Positions 38,942-49,474 are shown, counted from the first letter of the stretch. The stretch is 64,000 nt of DNA from Bacillota bacterium (GCA_023396555.1 JAEWWC010000100.1:6634-70633); one strand, 5' to 3'. Program-made: numbers and translations. Notes: generated from the letters alone by a model not told the origin.

Positions 38942-39610
38942 ATGCTAGGGTTACCGGCCTCTACGGAATTCAATCAGCGTATACCGAAAACCAAGTTCTA
39001 CGCGAACCTCGGCATGACGCCTGCGGTCAAGCGCCTGTTTACTGATCAGTTAGATACGATTATATGGCGCAACAAAATATGCCCGGATACGGTCAATATA
39101 GCCCCAGCAGATAACGTTGCGGAAATCGAAGTTATTGAAACAAGCCTAAAATATAAGAAACTAGATAAACGGGTACTCGAAATAATTGACCGCGAGGTGC
39201 CGTACCATATCGTATTTGTACTGTCGTTTGAAGGCATGGAACAGCTGGCTATCGGTTACAAGCAGGAGAGTGGTAACCGTGAAGATCAATACAAAGTAGA
39301 TTCCTATTATTTCTCCGACTGGAGACCGAAGGGGCAGCTGGCATTGGAGCTAAAGGCTCTGAATCTTGGCAGCCTGTACGAAGGCTGGCTAAAAAGCCTA
39401 TTACCAACACATGCAGTAAAAACAGGTGATATAGCCGAGGCTGTAAGCAAACATAAAGAAATTGAGCGTCTGGAAAAGCAAATTGCCTCTCTTGAGAAGA
39501 AAATCGGACAGGAGAAACAGTTTAATATAAGAGTCAAGCTCAATACGGAGCTTAGATTAGTCAATCATGAATTAGAGGTATTAAATGAGGAGTTTCCTTC
39601 GGCGTTATAA
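38942..39610 (+). CDS. DUF4391-like protein
   Basis: 222-aa ORF starting 19 nt after the helicase stop, with a strong RBS (AAGGAGGA). The family assignment is from memory of the size, the N-terminal pattern (..KTKFY....T...K..F...ID.I.W..KI......I) and its usual helicase/methylase neighbourhood. It needs an HMM check. Confidence 0.55.
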   Translation: MLGLPASTEFNQRIPKTKFYANLGMTPAVKRLFTDQLDTIIWRNKICPDTVNIAPADNVAEIEVIETSLKYKKLDKRVLEIIDREVPYHIVFVLSFEGMEQLAIGYKQESGNREDQYKVDSYYFSDWRPKGQLALELKALNLGSLYEGWLKSLLPTHAVKTGDIAEAVSKHKEIERLEKQIASLEKKIGQEKQFNIRVKLNTELRLVNHELEVLNEEFPSAL

Positions 39611-39748
39611 AAAGCATATCATTTTGATCCTACTTTTGAGTATATTTGTTATACCTTTTTTGATTAATATTGCTTTTAAAATATCAAGCCCGTTTCGTAT
39701 TCTAGTAGCTGAATGGGAAGCAGGAGACGCCCTTGGTTTTATATCGGC

Positions 39749-40147
39749 TTCCGTGTACTGAAGGTGGATAGTACAAACATGAAGGATGTTTACTATTCCG
39801 CTGATGAGTACGACCAGACTATGCTGAGCGCGCTGGAATCGAACATCAAGGAAGGCCGTACGGATATGGATTTGTTGTATCAGGTGCTGCTGGATTGGGG
39901 TCTGCCGCTTAGCCTGAAACACGTTACCGAAAAGCTGGATAGCGTGAATGTACATACCGTTGATGATGGGGCGCTGATGGCCTGCTTTGACGCAAACGTT
40001 CCCGAGAGCGTTATCCGTGAGATGGCGAAGCGTAAGCCGTTGCGCGTGGTGTTCCGTGACAGCAGCTTTACAGACAGTCCGAGCAAGATCAATGTGGAAG
40101 AGATATTCAAACTAAATGCGCCGGGGACGGATGTAAGAGTGATATAA
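39749..40147 (+). pseudogene. DNA methyltransferase (Type III Mod-like, N6/N4 class), C-terminal ~130 aa only
   Basis: FRVLKVDSTNMKDVYY...MDLLYQVLLDWGLPLSL...ACFD...RVVFRDSSF..KINVEEIFK matches the conserved non-catalytic tail of these methylases. No catalytic DPPY or AdoMet motifs occur upstream. A 58-aa chimeric ORF (39585-39761) occupies the junction. Confidence 0.6.
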
Positions 40148-40159
40148 GGATCGTGTTCT

Positions 40160-40363
40160 ATGAGTTTAACAATTGATTTCTTTATGTTGGATGTAAAAAT
40201 CTATATCAGTCAAATTGAATCCATCAGCACTTATTATAACGAAATTTATAATAGGGTAATACTTTCAAATGAAAAGAAACTTGAAGAGGAGATTTTTAAA
40301 AGTATTGCTGATGTTGAAAGGAAATACGGAAAATGTCATGCTACCATGGCTCCTCCCCGATAG
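40160..40363 (+). CDS. Hypothetical small protein (67 aa)
   Basis: AT-rich ORF followed by a hairpin and T-run at about 40346-40380. No motif and no obvious RBS. Confidence 0.3.
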   Translation: MSLTIDFFMLDVKIYISQIESISTYYNEIYNRVILSNEKKLEEEIFKSIADVERKYGKCHATMAPPR

Positions 40364-40454
40364 GGAGAGGCTTTTTTTATCTATTTACTAATTGCTCTTA
40401 TTTGTATTTGATTTCAGTAAAATTCAAGAGGTAGGATTAATATCAGATTAACGA

Positions 40455-41948
40455 TTATTCCTCTTTGCTGGTGGACAGTTCCATGACCTTTTCCACGGTG
40501 ATATCCTTGGTGGAAACATTGCATACCAGCGTGCGGTCTGCAAGCACGGCCACTCGGTCACAGATGCCGAGTATCTCTTCGATGTCGGATGAAATAAAGA
40601 TGATGCCGGCTTTTTTCTTAATCAGGTCGTTGATTGAATTGTAAATGTCAATTTTGCTGGCGATATCAAGACCTCTTGTGGGCTCATCCAGTATAAATAT
40701 TTTAGCACGGCTCATGATCCATTTGGCGAATATCGCCTTTTGCTGGTTGCCGCCGCTGTATTCCAGTATGTTGTTGTTGGGGCTCTGCAGTATGTTCAGC
40801 TTTGTTACGTAATCGGCCACCGCCTGCTCCAAAAAGGTGGTGTTGATCATACTGTAGTTGGCGAATCGCTTAAGCGCTGCCACCGCAACGTTGTTTTTAA
40901 CGTCCAGCGCACCGAAAATAGAATCGTTCAGGCGGTTCTCGGGTATCAACGCAATACCGTTGTATATTGCCTTGTAAGGGCTGTCCAGCACCACCTTGCT
41001 ACCGTTGATCAGAATATCGCCCTTTACGTTGTCCACTGCGCCGAACAGGCAGTTGGCCAGCAGCGTCCGGCCGGAGCCGGCCAGCCCTGTGATGCCAAGT
41101 ATGTCGCCCTCGTACACATCGAAATTGATGTTCTTAAGCTTGTCGGCAAAGCCCAGATTCCGTGCGGAGAATATGTTTTTACCTTTACGTATCACCATTT
41201 TGGGATATCTGTTCTTAATGTAGTGCCCGCTGAGCATCCGGATGATCTCTTCCTGGGGGCACTCGGCGGCGATTTTCGTCCCCATGATCTTTCCGTTCTT
41301 GATGATGGTGACGCGGTCGCCCAGCAGCGAAACATCTTCCAGACAGTGTGTAATGTAGAACACGCCCGCGCCGCGCTCCTTGATCTTGTTGACGATACGG
41401 TAGAGCAGCTCGCGCTCACTGGGGGTGAGGGCGGACGACGGTTCGTCCAGTATCACAATCTTGGCATCCGAAATGTAAGCCCGGCAGAATTCGATGATCT
41501 GCCGCTGTGCGAACCCCAGCGACGATACCTTGTCATATACGGACACAGGCAGGCTCAGTTCCTCGATCAGCTGCTGGCACATGTAGTTGAGCTTATCGTA
41601 ATCGATACTCCTGAAGAGCTTGTTTTTGTATGGCAGGTTGTGAAAGAACAGATTCTCGGCGACGGAAAGCTGTGTAAGCATCGCCGCGTCCTGACGGATA
41701 TATATGACATCATCGAACAGAGCGGAAGAGAATGCCTTGTTTTTGACCGGCTTGTCCTGAATATATATTTGTCCGGAATGCGGCACAATAAAGCCGCTGA
41801 TCACCTGCATCAGCAGACTCTTCCCCGAGCCGTTTTCTCCCATCACCACATGGATCTCTTTTTCATACAGATCGATATTGATATCGCTGAGACGGAAGTT
41901 CTCCAGAGACAAACTGACATTCTCAAGCTGCAGAAGCTTAGAGGGCAT
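40455..41948 (-). CDS. Sugar ABC transporter ATP-binding protein (fused double ATPase) without cognate permease or binding protein in its operon
   Basis: 497-aa ORF with Walker A GENGSGKS and GLAGSGRT, signature YSGGNQQK and Walker B ILDEPS / ILDEPT. Confidence 0.85.
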   Translation of the reverse strand: MPSKLLQLENVSLSLENFRLSDINIDLYEKEIHVVMGENGSGKSLLMQVISGFIVPHSGQIYIQDKPVKNKAFSSALFDDVIYIRQDAAMLTQLSVAENLFFHNLPYKNKLFRSIDYDKLNYMCQQLIEELSLPVSVYDKVSSLGFAQRQIIEFCRAYISDAKIVILDEPSSALTPSERELLYRIVNKIKERGAGVFYITHCLEDVSLLGDRVTIIKNGKIMGTKIAAECPQEEIIRMLSGHYIKNRYPKMVIRKGKNIFSARNLGFADKLKNINFDVYEGDILGITGLAGSGRTLLANCLFGAVDNVKGDILINGSKVVLDSPYKAIYNGIALIPENRLNDSIFGALDVKNNVAVAALKRFANYSMINTTFLEQAVADYVTKLNILQSPNNNILEYSGGNQQKAIFAKWIMSRAKIFILDEPTRGLDIASKIDIYNSINDLIKKKAGIIFISSDIEEILGICDRVAVLADRTLVCNVSTKDITVEKVMELSTSKEE

Positions 41949-41978
41949 CTCTTCAATACTCCTTCGCGTTTATAGGAC

Positions 41979-42755
41979 CTATTCTTCGTAAATATCGACT
42001 GAAGTATATAGTTGTATGTTCAGGTCAAAGAGGAAATCCTTATATGAATCATCAAGCGTTGAGTTTGTGATGATCTTGTTGGCAATTTCCAGCCCGCCGA
42101 CACGATAAAATGATTTTTCTCCAAAATGATCGGCCAGACAAACAACCGATACGGTTTGAGCCATGTTGCATGCCTGCTGTATTAAGGACGCTTTGCTGAT
42201 GCTAGACACGGTGATGCCAGTCTTTTTGCAGATGCCGTCTACTTCAACGATCAGATGGTTAAGCGAGAAGTTCTGCATGTTGTTGATAGCCAGTTGGCCG
42301 TATACGGCGTATTCATCCAGATCGCCTCCCAGCAGTATCATCTTGTTGCCGGGAGATGAGGAGAACTCCAGCGCTATTTTCAAATCGTTGGTGAGTACCG
42401 TCAATCCGTTTTTTTGTGTCAGTCTTTTTGCAATTTGCTGGTTGGTCAGACCATCAGTGAGCATGATGATGTCGTTATCCGATATGATGTGAAACACGGT
42501 ATCCGCTATTTCAATACGCTGCATTGTATGCGTATCTTCCTGGGGTATGTCTACGATGTATGAATCATCCAGATACTCGTTAAGGACTGCGCCGCCATGC
42601 GCACGTTTCAAGAAACCTTCATTTTCGAGTTTTTCAAGATCGCGGCGTATGGTGACTTCGGTGACATTGAGCAGGCTGCTCAGTTTGGCAACAGAAACAT
42701 GTTTGTCTTTATGCAGGTAATCTTTAATTATGTTCATGCGTTCGATTGCAAACAT
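41979..42755 (-). CDS. DeoR family transcriptional regulator
   Basis: 258-aa ORF with an N-terminal HTH (VSVAKLSSLLNVTEVTIRRDLEKLENEGFLKRAHGGA) and a DeoR C-terminal sugar-phosphate-binding domain pattern. Confidence 0.85.
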   Translation of the reverse strand: MFAIERMNIIKDYLHKDKHVSVAKLSSLLNVTEVTIRRDLEKLENEGFLKRAHGGAVLNEYLDDSYIVDIPQEDTHTMQRIEIADTVFHIISDNDIIMLTDGLTNQQIAKRLTQKNGLTVLTNDLKIALEFSSSPGNKMILLGGDLDEYAVYGQLAINNMQNFSLNHLIVEVDGICKKTGITVSSISKASLIQQACNMAQTVSVVCLADHFGEKSFYRVGGLEIANKIITNSTLDDSYKDFLFDLNIQLYTSVDIYEE

Positions 42756-42884
42756 ATGTGTGCACCTAAGCCCTTTTCAGGTTATACATTAAATAATAAA
42801 ATAAACATGCGATTTTGACAATACGTAAGAATAGATTAAAATTCGAACACGAAACAAACATAAAAATTAACTTGTACGTAAGTG

Positions 42885-42913
42885 TTGACAGAATAATAAC
42901 GCGATGATACAAT
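42885..42913 (+). promoter_or_regulatory. Candidate sigma-A promoter for the arabinose-type ABC operon
   Basis: TTGACA (42885-42890), a 17-nt spacer, then TACAAT (42908-42913). This would leave a leader of about 250 nt that is A/C-rich. A second TTGACA lies at 42815. Confidence 0.5.
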
Positions 42914-43164
42914 ATGAAACGAACAAAAACAAAAAAAACCAATCTGTAACGATAAGACTAATAAACAATAGCACAAATGATTAAAGGATTGGGAACAAAA
43001 ACGTTCACGCCACACAGAAAAGAAACCAGAATCTTAATCCGACCCATATAATGTTGCAATAATAATCAAGGCAGGCTTAAATTGATGCTGACTTTTGAAT
43101 TTTAAGAGTTGCTAGGTAAGTCCGGTTACCAAAGCAATAGACTATATATTTAAGGAGTAAGAAC

Positions 43165-44316
43165 ATGAAGAGAATCGTATTATTCACGCTTGTGCTTTCT
43201 TTGGTATTTGCACTGGTTGCCTGCGGCGGAACAACACCTGCCCCGGCGGAGACATCTGAAGCTCCGGCTGCGACGGATGCACCGGCTGCTGCGACGGAAG
43301 CGGTTGAGTCTGTAGTGCCGGCTGACGGCGGTTACATTGGTATCTCGATGCCCACTCAGTCCAGCGAACGTTGGATCAAAGATGGCAACACGATGAAAGA
43401 GATACTTGAGGAAAGAGGATACACCGTTGACCTGCAGTACGCGGAAGACGATATCCCGACTCAGAAGTCCCAGATCGAGAACATGATCACCAAGGGTGCG
43501 AAGGCGCTCGTGATCGCGGCTGTTGACGGCTCCACGCTGTCCGCAACGCTGGATCAGGCTGGCAAAGACGGCGTGAAAATCATCTCCTACGACCGTCTGC
43601 TGGTTGACACCGATGCTGTTTCCTACTATGCGACATTCGACAACAGAGGCGTTGGCAAACTGCAGGCTGAGTCTCTCGTTGAAGGCCTGAAGGCCACCAA
43701 GGGCGATGGCCCCTACAACATCGAGCTGTTTGCCGGTTCTCCGGACGACACGAACTCCTTCTACTTCTACTCGGGCGCTATGGATGTTCTCCAGCCGCTG
43801 ATCGATGCCGGCACCGTCGTGATTCCCTCCGGTCAGACGGCTCAGGCTGACATCGGAACGCTCCGTTGGGACGGCGCTGTGGCTCAGGCCCGTATGGACG
43901 CGATCCTTGCTGCCAACTACACCAGCGGCGCTAAGCTGGACGGCGTGCTGTCTCCCTATGACGGTCTGTCCAGAGGCATCATCTCCTCGCTGACCTCCTT
44001 CGGTTACCAGCCCGGAACGGAAGACTGGCCGGTTGTGACGGGTCAGGATGCCGAAGCTGCTTCCATCAAGCTGATCATTTCCGGTGAGCAGTATTCGACG
44101 ATACTGAAAGACACCAGAGACCTTGCCAAGGTTGCGGCTGACATGGTTGATGCGGTGCTTGCAGGCAAAGAACCGGAGATCAACGATACCACCACGTATG
44201 ACAACAACGTGAAGATCGTTCCTTCGTATTTGCTCATTCCGTACACCGTAACAGTTGCAAATTATCAGGAACTTGTTATGGATTCCGGTTATCTGACAGC
44301 AGACGACATCAAATAA
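43165..44316 (+). CDS. Sugar ABC transporter substrate-binding lipoprotein (ChvE/arabinose-galactose-xylose type)
   Basis: 383-aa ORF with lipobox LVAC GG and an Ala/Pro/Thr/Glu linker, followed by a PBP type I pattern ([12 protein letters not shown]..). Confidence 0.8.
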   Translation: MKRIVLFTLVLSLVFALVACGGTTPAPAETSEAPAATDAPAAATEAVESVVPADGGYIGISMPTQSSERWIKDGNTMKEILEERGYTVDLQYAEDDIPTQKSQIENMITKGAKALVIAAVDGSTLSATLDQAGKDGVKIISYDRLLVDTDAVSYYATFDNRGVGKLQAESLVEGLKATKGDGPYNIELFAGSPDDTNSFYFYSGAMDVLQPLIDAGTVVIPSGQTAQADIGTLRWDGAVAQARMDAILAANYTSGAKLDGVLSPYDGLSRGIISSLTSFGYQPGTEDWPVVTGQDAEAASIKLIISGEQYSTILKDTRDLAKVAADMVDAVLAGKEPEINDTTTYDNNVKIVPSYLLIPYTVTVANYQELVMDSGYLTADDIK

Positions 44317-44347
44317 TACGCTAAACTGATCATTTGAAGGGGCCAGA

Positions 44348-44381
44348 AATCGGCTAGCGGCAGAAATGCCGCTAGCCGATT
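44348..44381 (+). promoter_or_regulatory. Intercistronic perfect 14-bp stem-loop after the binding-protein gene
   Basis: AATCGGCTAGCGGC-AGAAAT-GCCGCTAGCCGATT, with no U-run. Confidence 0.6.
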
Positions 44382-44436
44382 GAGGCTATAAAGAAGTATA
44401 ATATAAATGGTTTTGGGCAGATAAAGGAGTCAGACT

Positions 44437-45981
44437 ATGGAAAAGTATATTTTAGAGATGAGGAACATTACAAAGACATTTCCGGGAGTCAAAGCTCTTG
44501 ATAATGTTAACTTGCGGGTTAAACCTCACAATATCCATGCGTTGGTTGGTGAAAACGGCGCCGGAAAGTCAACGCTGATGAATATTTTGAGTGGCGTGTA
44601 TCCTCACGGATCGTATGAGGGAGATATCGTTGTTGAGGGGGAAGTCTGCGTATTCAAGTTCATCAACGACAGTGAAGCCAAAGGTATAGCAATCATTCAT
44701 CAGGAACTTGCTCTCATTCCCAGCCTGTCTATCGCTGAGAATGTTTTTTTAGGAAATGAGCAGTCTAAAAATAAACTCGTCATCAATTGGGACAAAACAC
44801 GGCAAAAAACTATAGAGATGCTGAAAAAGGTCGGTCTGGACGAACATACCGATACACAGGTGAAAGACATCGGCCTTGGCAAGCAGCAGTTAGTCGAAAT
44901 CGTAAAGGCGCTTGCCAAGGACGTCAAGATATTGATATTGGATGAACCGACAGCTGCGCTGAATGATGAGGACTCAGATCATCTGCTTGATCTGCTTGTG
45001 GAGCTCAAATCACAGGGCATTACCAGCATCATCATATCCCACAAGCTCAACGAGGTTACAAAGGTTGCGGACGAGATTACAATACTACGTGACGGTATGA
45101 CAATCCAAACGCTCGTTAAAGAGGTGGACGATATCACCGAGGAGCGCATCATCAAAGCGATGGTGGGCCGCGAGTTGACGGACCGCTTCCCCAAACGCAC
45201 CTGCAAACCCGGCGAGGTCTGCTTTGAGGTGGAAAACTGGAATGTGTACAGCCCGTTGGACGACCAGAAGCAGGTAATCAGGGACGTCAGCTTAAATGTG
45301 CGCAGAGGCGAGGTGCTGGGTATCGCAGGTCTGATGGGCGCAGGCCGCACAGAACTGGCGATGAGCTTGTTCGGTAAGGCTTATGGCGCCAAAATTTCGG
45401 GCACAGTCCGCAAGGACGGCAAAACACTGGTGATGCACGATATCAGCGATGCGATTAAAAACGGTATTGCATATGCGACGGAGGACAGAAAATCGGCCGG
45501 CCTGATATTGATCGACGACATCAAGCGGAATATCACGCTGTCGTCTCTGGGTACGCTAAAACGGGGCCTGGTGATCGACGACAACAGGGAGATACAGGTT
45601 GGCGAGGACTACAGGTCCAAACTCAACATCAAATCATCGAGCATTCTGCAAAAGACGGGAAACCTTTCAGGCGGAAATCAGCAGAAGGTGGTTTTCAGCA
45701 AATGGATCTTTGCGGACCCGGATATTCTTTTCCTGGATGAACCGACGCGCGGCATCGACGTCGGTGCCAAGTATGAGATATACACGATCATCAACGACCT
45801 GGTTTCACGGGGGAAATCCATTGTGATGATATCGTCCGAGCTGCCTGAGCTGTTGGGCATGAGCGACCGGATATATGTCATGAACCGGGGAACGATCGTG
45901 GGAGAACTTGAGGCGAGCGAAGCGTCCCAGGAGAGAATCATGCAATGCATTATGCAGAGCAACAAGGAGGTAGTAAAATGA
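44437..45981 (+). CDS. Sugar ABC transporter ATP-binding protein (GguA/AraG-like double ATPase)
   Basis: 514-aa ORF with GENGAGKST and [16 protein letters not shown], and ILDEPT / FLDEPT. Confidence 0.9.
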   Translation: MEKYILEMRNITKTFPGVKALDNVNLRVKPHNIHALVGENGAGKSTLMNILSGVYPHGSYEGDIVVEGEVCVFKFINDSEAKGIAIIHQELALIPSLSIAENVFLGNEQSKNKLVINWDKTRQKTIEMLKKVGLDEHTDTQVKDIGLGKQQLVEIVKALAKDVKILILDEPTAALNDEDSDHLLDLLVELKSQGITSIIISHKLNEVTKVADEITILRDGMTIQTLVKEVDDITEERIIKAMVGRELTDRFPKRTCKPGEVCFEVENWNVYSPLDDQKQVIRDVSLNVRRGEVLGIAGLMGAGRTELAMSLFGKAYGAKISGTVRKDGKTLVMHDISDAIKNGIAYATEDRKSAGLILIDDIKRNITLSSLGTLKRGLVIDDNREIQVGEDYRSKLNIKSSSILQKTGNLSGGNQQKVVFSKWIFADPDILFLDEPTRGIDVGAKYEIYTIINDLVSRGKSIVMISSELPELLGMSDRIYVMNRGTIVGELEASEASQERIMQCIMQSNKEVVK

Positions 45982-47147
45982 AAAGCATAAAATCTGTTCT
46001 GAGAGGGAATATCCGTCAGTATGCAATGATCATCGCGCTGGTTGTCGTTGTGATCATTTTCGAAGTACTGACCAAAGGCATATTGTTGCAGCCTCTCAAT
46101 ATATCTAACCTCATACAGCAGAACGCCTACGTGCTGATACTGGCCATCGGTATGCTGCTGTGCATACTGACCATCGGTAACATCGATCTGTCGGTCGGCT
46201 CGGTCGTGGGCTTCGTGGGCGCGCTGTCCGCCATATTCATACTGAAGATGGATATGCCTGTATGGATCGCGATGATTCTGTCGCTCATTATCGGGTTTAT
46301 CATCGGCGCATGGCAGGGCCTTTGGATCGCGTACATCGGCGTACCGGCGTTCATCGTGACGCTGGGCGGCCAGCTGATATTCAGAGGGCTCACCATGGTG
46401 GTGCTGCAGGGCACGAGTTTAGCGCCGCTGCCGGGAACGTATACGTTCATCGCAGCCGGCTTTATCCCGGACTTTGCGAGCATCGAAGGCATCAACCTCT
46501 TGACTCTTGTTGCGGGTGCGGTTGCGAGCGTGATATTCATATTCAATGAGATCAGCAAGCGTGCCAATCGGAAAAAATATAACTTTGACGTATCCCATCC
46601 GCTCACATTTATCGCCAAGCTCGTGCTGATTACGGTAGTGATTATGGCATTCTGTTACGCTCTGGCGCTGTACAGAGGCATACCGATGGTGCTGTTGATC
46701 GTGGTGGTGCTGGTGCTGTTGTACACCTTCGTCACCGAGAAGACCATCCCTGGACGTCACATATACGCTTTTGGAGGCAACCCCAAGGCGGCGCGGCTGT
46801 CGGGTATCAAGACCAAGCGCGTGCTGTTCTGGGTGTATGTGAACATGGGCGTGCTGACGGCGCTGGCGGGCATCGTGTTCACGGGCCGTCTCAACTCGGC
46901 AACGCCCAAGGGCGGCTACGGCTTTGAGCTGGATGCGATCTCCGCGTGCTTCATCGGCGGCGCTTCCACCACGGGTGGCATCGGCACCGTTATCGGCGCG
47001 ATCGTCGGCGGCCTGCTGATGGGCGTGCTAAACAACGGCATGTCGATCATGGGAGTCAGCATCGACTGGCAGCAGGCCATCAAGGGCTTTGTTCTGCTGG
47101 TGGCGGTGGGCTTCGACGTGCTGTCCAAATCCAGGTCTAAGACCTGA
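45978..47147 (+). CDS. Sugar ABC transporter permease (GguB/AraH-like)
   Basis: The start is at the ATG after AAGGAGG and overlaps the ATPase stop (ATGA). It is about 389 aa, polytopic, and has the blocks GNIDLSVGS and [25 protein letters not shown]. Confidence 0.85.
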   Translation: MKSIKSVLRGNIRQYAMIIALVVVVIIFEVLTKGILLQPLNISNLIQQNAYVLILAIGMLLCILTIGNIDLSVGSVVGFVGALSAIFILKMDMPVWIAMILSLIIGFIIGAWQGLWIAYIGVPAFIVTLGGQLIFRGLTMVVLQGTSLAPLPGTYTFIAAGFIPDFASIEGINLLTLVAGAVASVIFIFNEISKRANRKKYNFDVSHPLTFIAKLVLITVVIMAFCYALALYRGIPMVLLIVVVLVLLYTFVTEKTIPGRHIYAFGGNPKAARLSGIKTKRVLFWVYVNMGVLTALAGIVFTGRLNSATPKGGYGFELDAISACFIGGASTTGGIGTVIGAIVGGLLMGVLNNGMSIMGVSIDWQQAIKGFVLLVAVGFDVLSKSRSKT

Positions 47148-47177
47148 TAACGGCGCGGCGGGAAAAGGAGGAGCAAC

Positions 47178-48644
47178 TTGATCAGTAAATATCAGTTCTG
47201 GTTTGTGGTCGGCAGTCAAAACCTGTACGGGCCGGAGGTACTCAAGGAGGTGGCGGAGCATGCCGCCCTGATGACGGCGGGCTTCAACGCCGACGGGCGT
47301 ATCCCCTTTGAGGTGGTTTTCAAAGGGGTAATGACTACCCCGGATGATATCACCGCTGTCTGTGTTGCGGCCAATGGTGACTCAAGCTGCGCGGGCGTAA
47401 TCACATGGATGCACACGTTTTCGCCCAGCAAGATGTGGATAAGCGGGCTGACTGTGCTGAACAAGCCGTATCTGCACCTCAACACGCAGTTCAACAAACG
47501 GCTGCCATACGACACGATTGACATGAATTTTATGAACACCAATCAGTCGGCGCACGGTGACAGGGAACACGGGTTTATTACCGCCCGTCTGCGCATGAAA
47601 AGAAAGGTGATCTGCGGGCACTGGGAGGACGGCGCTTTCCGGACGCGTATCGGCAGTTGGATGCGCAGCGCGGTGGGCGCAGTGTTCAGCCGGCGCGTCA
47701 AGGTGATGCGGCTGGGGGATAACATGCGCTACGTGGCGGTGACCGAGGGCGACAAGATACAGGCGGAGAAGGACCTTGGCTGGAGCGTGAATACGTATGC
47801 CGTGGGCGCGCTGACCGAGCGCGTGATGGCAGTGACCGACGCGCAGGCGCAGGCCAAGCTGGCGGAATACAAAGAGAAGTATGCCATCGATACGAACAAC
47901 CTGGACGCGGTGGTGTATCAGGCGAAGCTGGAGATTGCGCTGGAGCAGATGCTGTCCGAAGGCGGGTTTGCCGCGTATACTGACTGCTTTGAAGACCTGT
48001 ACGGTCTGGAACAGCTGCCGGGATTGGCCACGCAGAACCTGATGAACAATGGCTACGGCTTCGGCGCCGAGGGCGACTGGAAGACATCCGCGCTCAAGGC
48101 GGTTATGTCCGAGATGTCCCTGGGGCTAGGGCAGAACCTCTCGTTTATCGAGGACTATACTTATGACTTCGAGGACGGTGACGAGACGGTATTGGGTGCG
48201 CACATGCTGGAGATATCGCCCGCGATTGCGGCAGATAGGCCGCGCATTGAGGTGCACCCGCTGGGTATCGGCGGTAAAAACGATCCCGCACGGTTGGTAT
48301 TTGAGGGCAAGACGGGCGATGCGATACTGGTCACCATCATCGACATGGGCGGGCGGTTCCGCATGATCGCACATGATGTCAGCGCAGTGGAGCCCAAGGC
48401 CAAGATGCCGCTGCTGCCGGTGGCGAGCGTGATGTGGAAGCCCCAGCCCGATATGATCACTGGCAACGAAGCATGGATACTGTCAGGTGGCACGCACCAC
48501 AGCGTGATATCCTACGACCTGACGGCAGACATGATGCGCGACTTTGCCGAGATCATGGGCATTGAGTTCATCCATATCGGCAAGGATACCACCATCGCCG
48601 AATTAGCGGCCAAACTTGCAGTGGGGGATATTCTCTGGGGATAA
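47178..48644 (+). CDS. araA: L-arabinose isomerase
   Basis: 488-aa ORF with a TTG start after AAAAGGAGG. The N-terminal FWFVVGSQNLYGPEVLKEV matches the AraA signature, and the sequence is collinear throughout (FMNTNQSAHGDREHGF, EGDWKT). Confidence 0.9.
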   Translation: MISKYQFWFVVGSQNLYGPEVLKEVAEHAALMTAGFNADGRIPFEVVFKGVMTTPDDITAVCVAANGDSSCAGVITWMHTFSPSKMWISGLTVLNKPYLHLNTQFNKRLPYDTIDMNFMNTNQSAHGDREHGFITARLRMKRKVICGHWEDGAFRTRIGSWMRSAVGAVFSRRVKVMRLGDNMRYVAVTEGDKIQAEKDLGWSVNTYAVGALTERVMAVTDAQAQAKLAEYKEKYAIDTNNLDAVVYQAKLEIALEQMLSEGGFAAYTDCFEDLYGLEQLPGLATQNLMNNGYGFGAEGDWKTSALKAVMSEMSLGLGQNLSFIEDYTYDFEDGDETVLGAHMLEISPAIAADRPRIEVHPLGIGGKNDPARLVFEGKTGDAILVTIIDMGGRFRMIAHDVSAVEPKAKMPLLPVASVMWKPQPDMITGNEAWILSGGTHHSVISYDLTADMMRDFAEIMGIEFIHIGKDTTIAELAAKLAVGDILWG

Positions 48645-49454
48645 TATAATATCACAGTGAATTGTCATTAAACATAAGAAGTTGACCCTGTAGCGGTAGG
48701 CGTATATTATACACAGGTTAATTGGGATACGCCTTTAAATATCTGGCTTTCTCAATAAGCAGAGAGCGCTTCATCGAGCAGGTCGCTGGTGGCGATGATT
48801 GACTAGCTGGAACAACGCAGCACCACATTGAAGAGGCGGATAAGCTTGCCTAGGCGGTCGATGTGACTAAAGAAGATATACGATACCGCTATGGGAGAGC
48901 TCGGGAGTTGTTAAACTTCGATCAATTGCCGGAGATATGGCAGTTGATAAACCTATATGCTGAGCGGATGATGTTTATTAGGGGCATGTGGAGATTTTCC
49001 TCCATGTGCTTCCTTCACTTTACGGGGTGAATCATGATATGTTTGAAAATAGGTTCATCCGAAAAACTAAGGCTCTGTCTATGTAGAATATCGAGATAAT
49101 AAAAAAAGTTAATTAATAATTATTATATTATTTATTTACCATTATCGGTTATTTATTATTGGTTTAATTGTATTATGTAAGATTTAATGATAAAATAATA
49201 CAAAAGTATGTTTATATAATTTCTCTCATATATAGAGAGAAAGGTGGGCTCTATGCCAAATTACAATTCCAAATATACAACCGCAAAGCTAATCAAACTA
49301 TATAAAACGATGAAACAATGAACAAGAGATGAAAATCCCCTCGCAATACATTACTCCAGCCAATCCGGGAAAGATCAATAAATGGTGTGGCGATAGATGA
49401 TTAGTGGAAATGAAGTACCGCATAAAGTAGTTGTGATTTTTAAATGAGCTGCGG

Positions 49455-49467
49455 CTCGCCTCCACCA
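49455..49467 (+). repeat. Exact 13-nt direct repeat of the tmRNA 3' end (candidate distal att site)
   Basis: CTCGCCTCCACCA is identical to 35496-35508 and on the same strand. Confidence 0.6.
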
Positions 49468-49474
49468 AGATTTT

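Larger units (their letters stand above)
35509..49467 (+). mobile_element. Candidate ssrA-associated composite genomic island (no integrase retained)
   Basis: It is bounded by the tmRNA 3' end and an exact 13-nt copy of it at 49455-49467. There is an abrupt, visibly AT-rich composition shift at 35509. The content is of accessory type: a defence remnant and a sugar-utilisation block. Confidence 0.4.

Noticed and set aside
40397-40417. 10-nt match ATTTGTATTT shared with 35551-35560, as a possible att pair bounding only the AT-rich 35.5-40.4 kb segment
   Set aside because: It is a short AT-only match within AT-rich DNA and is readily expected by chance. The 13-nt tmRNA-end repeat at 49455 is the better-supported boundary.
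40740-41975. 411-aa ORF on the plus strand
   Set aside because: It is antisense to the ABC ATPase gene, which has Walker and signature motifs. It is a shadow ORF.
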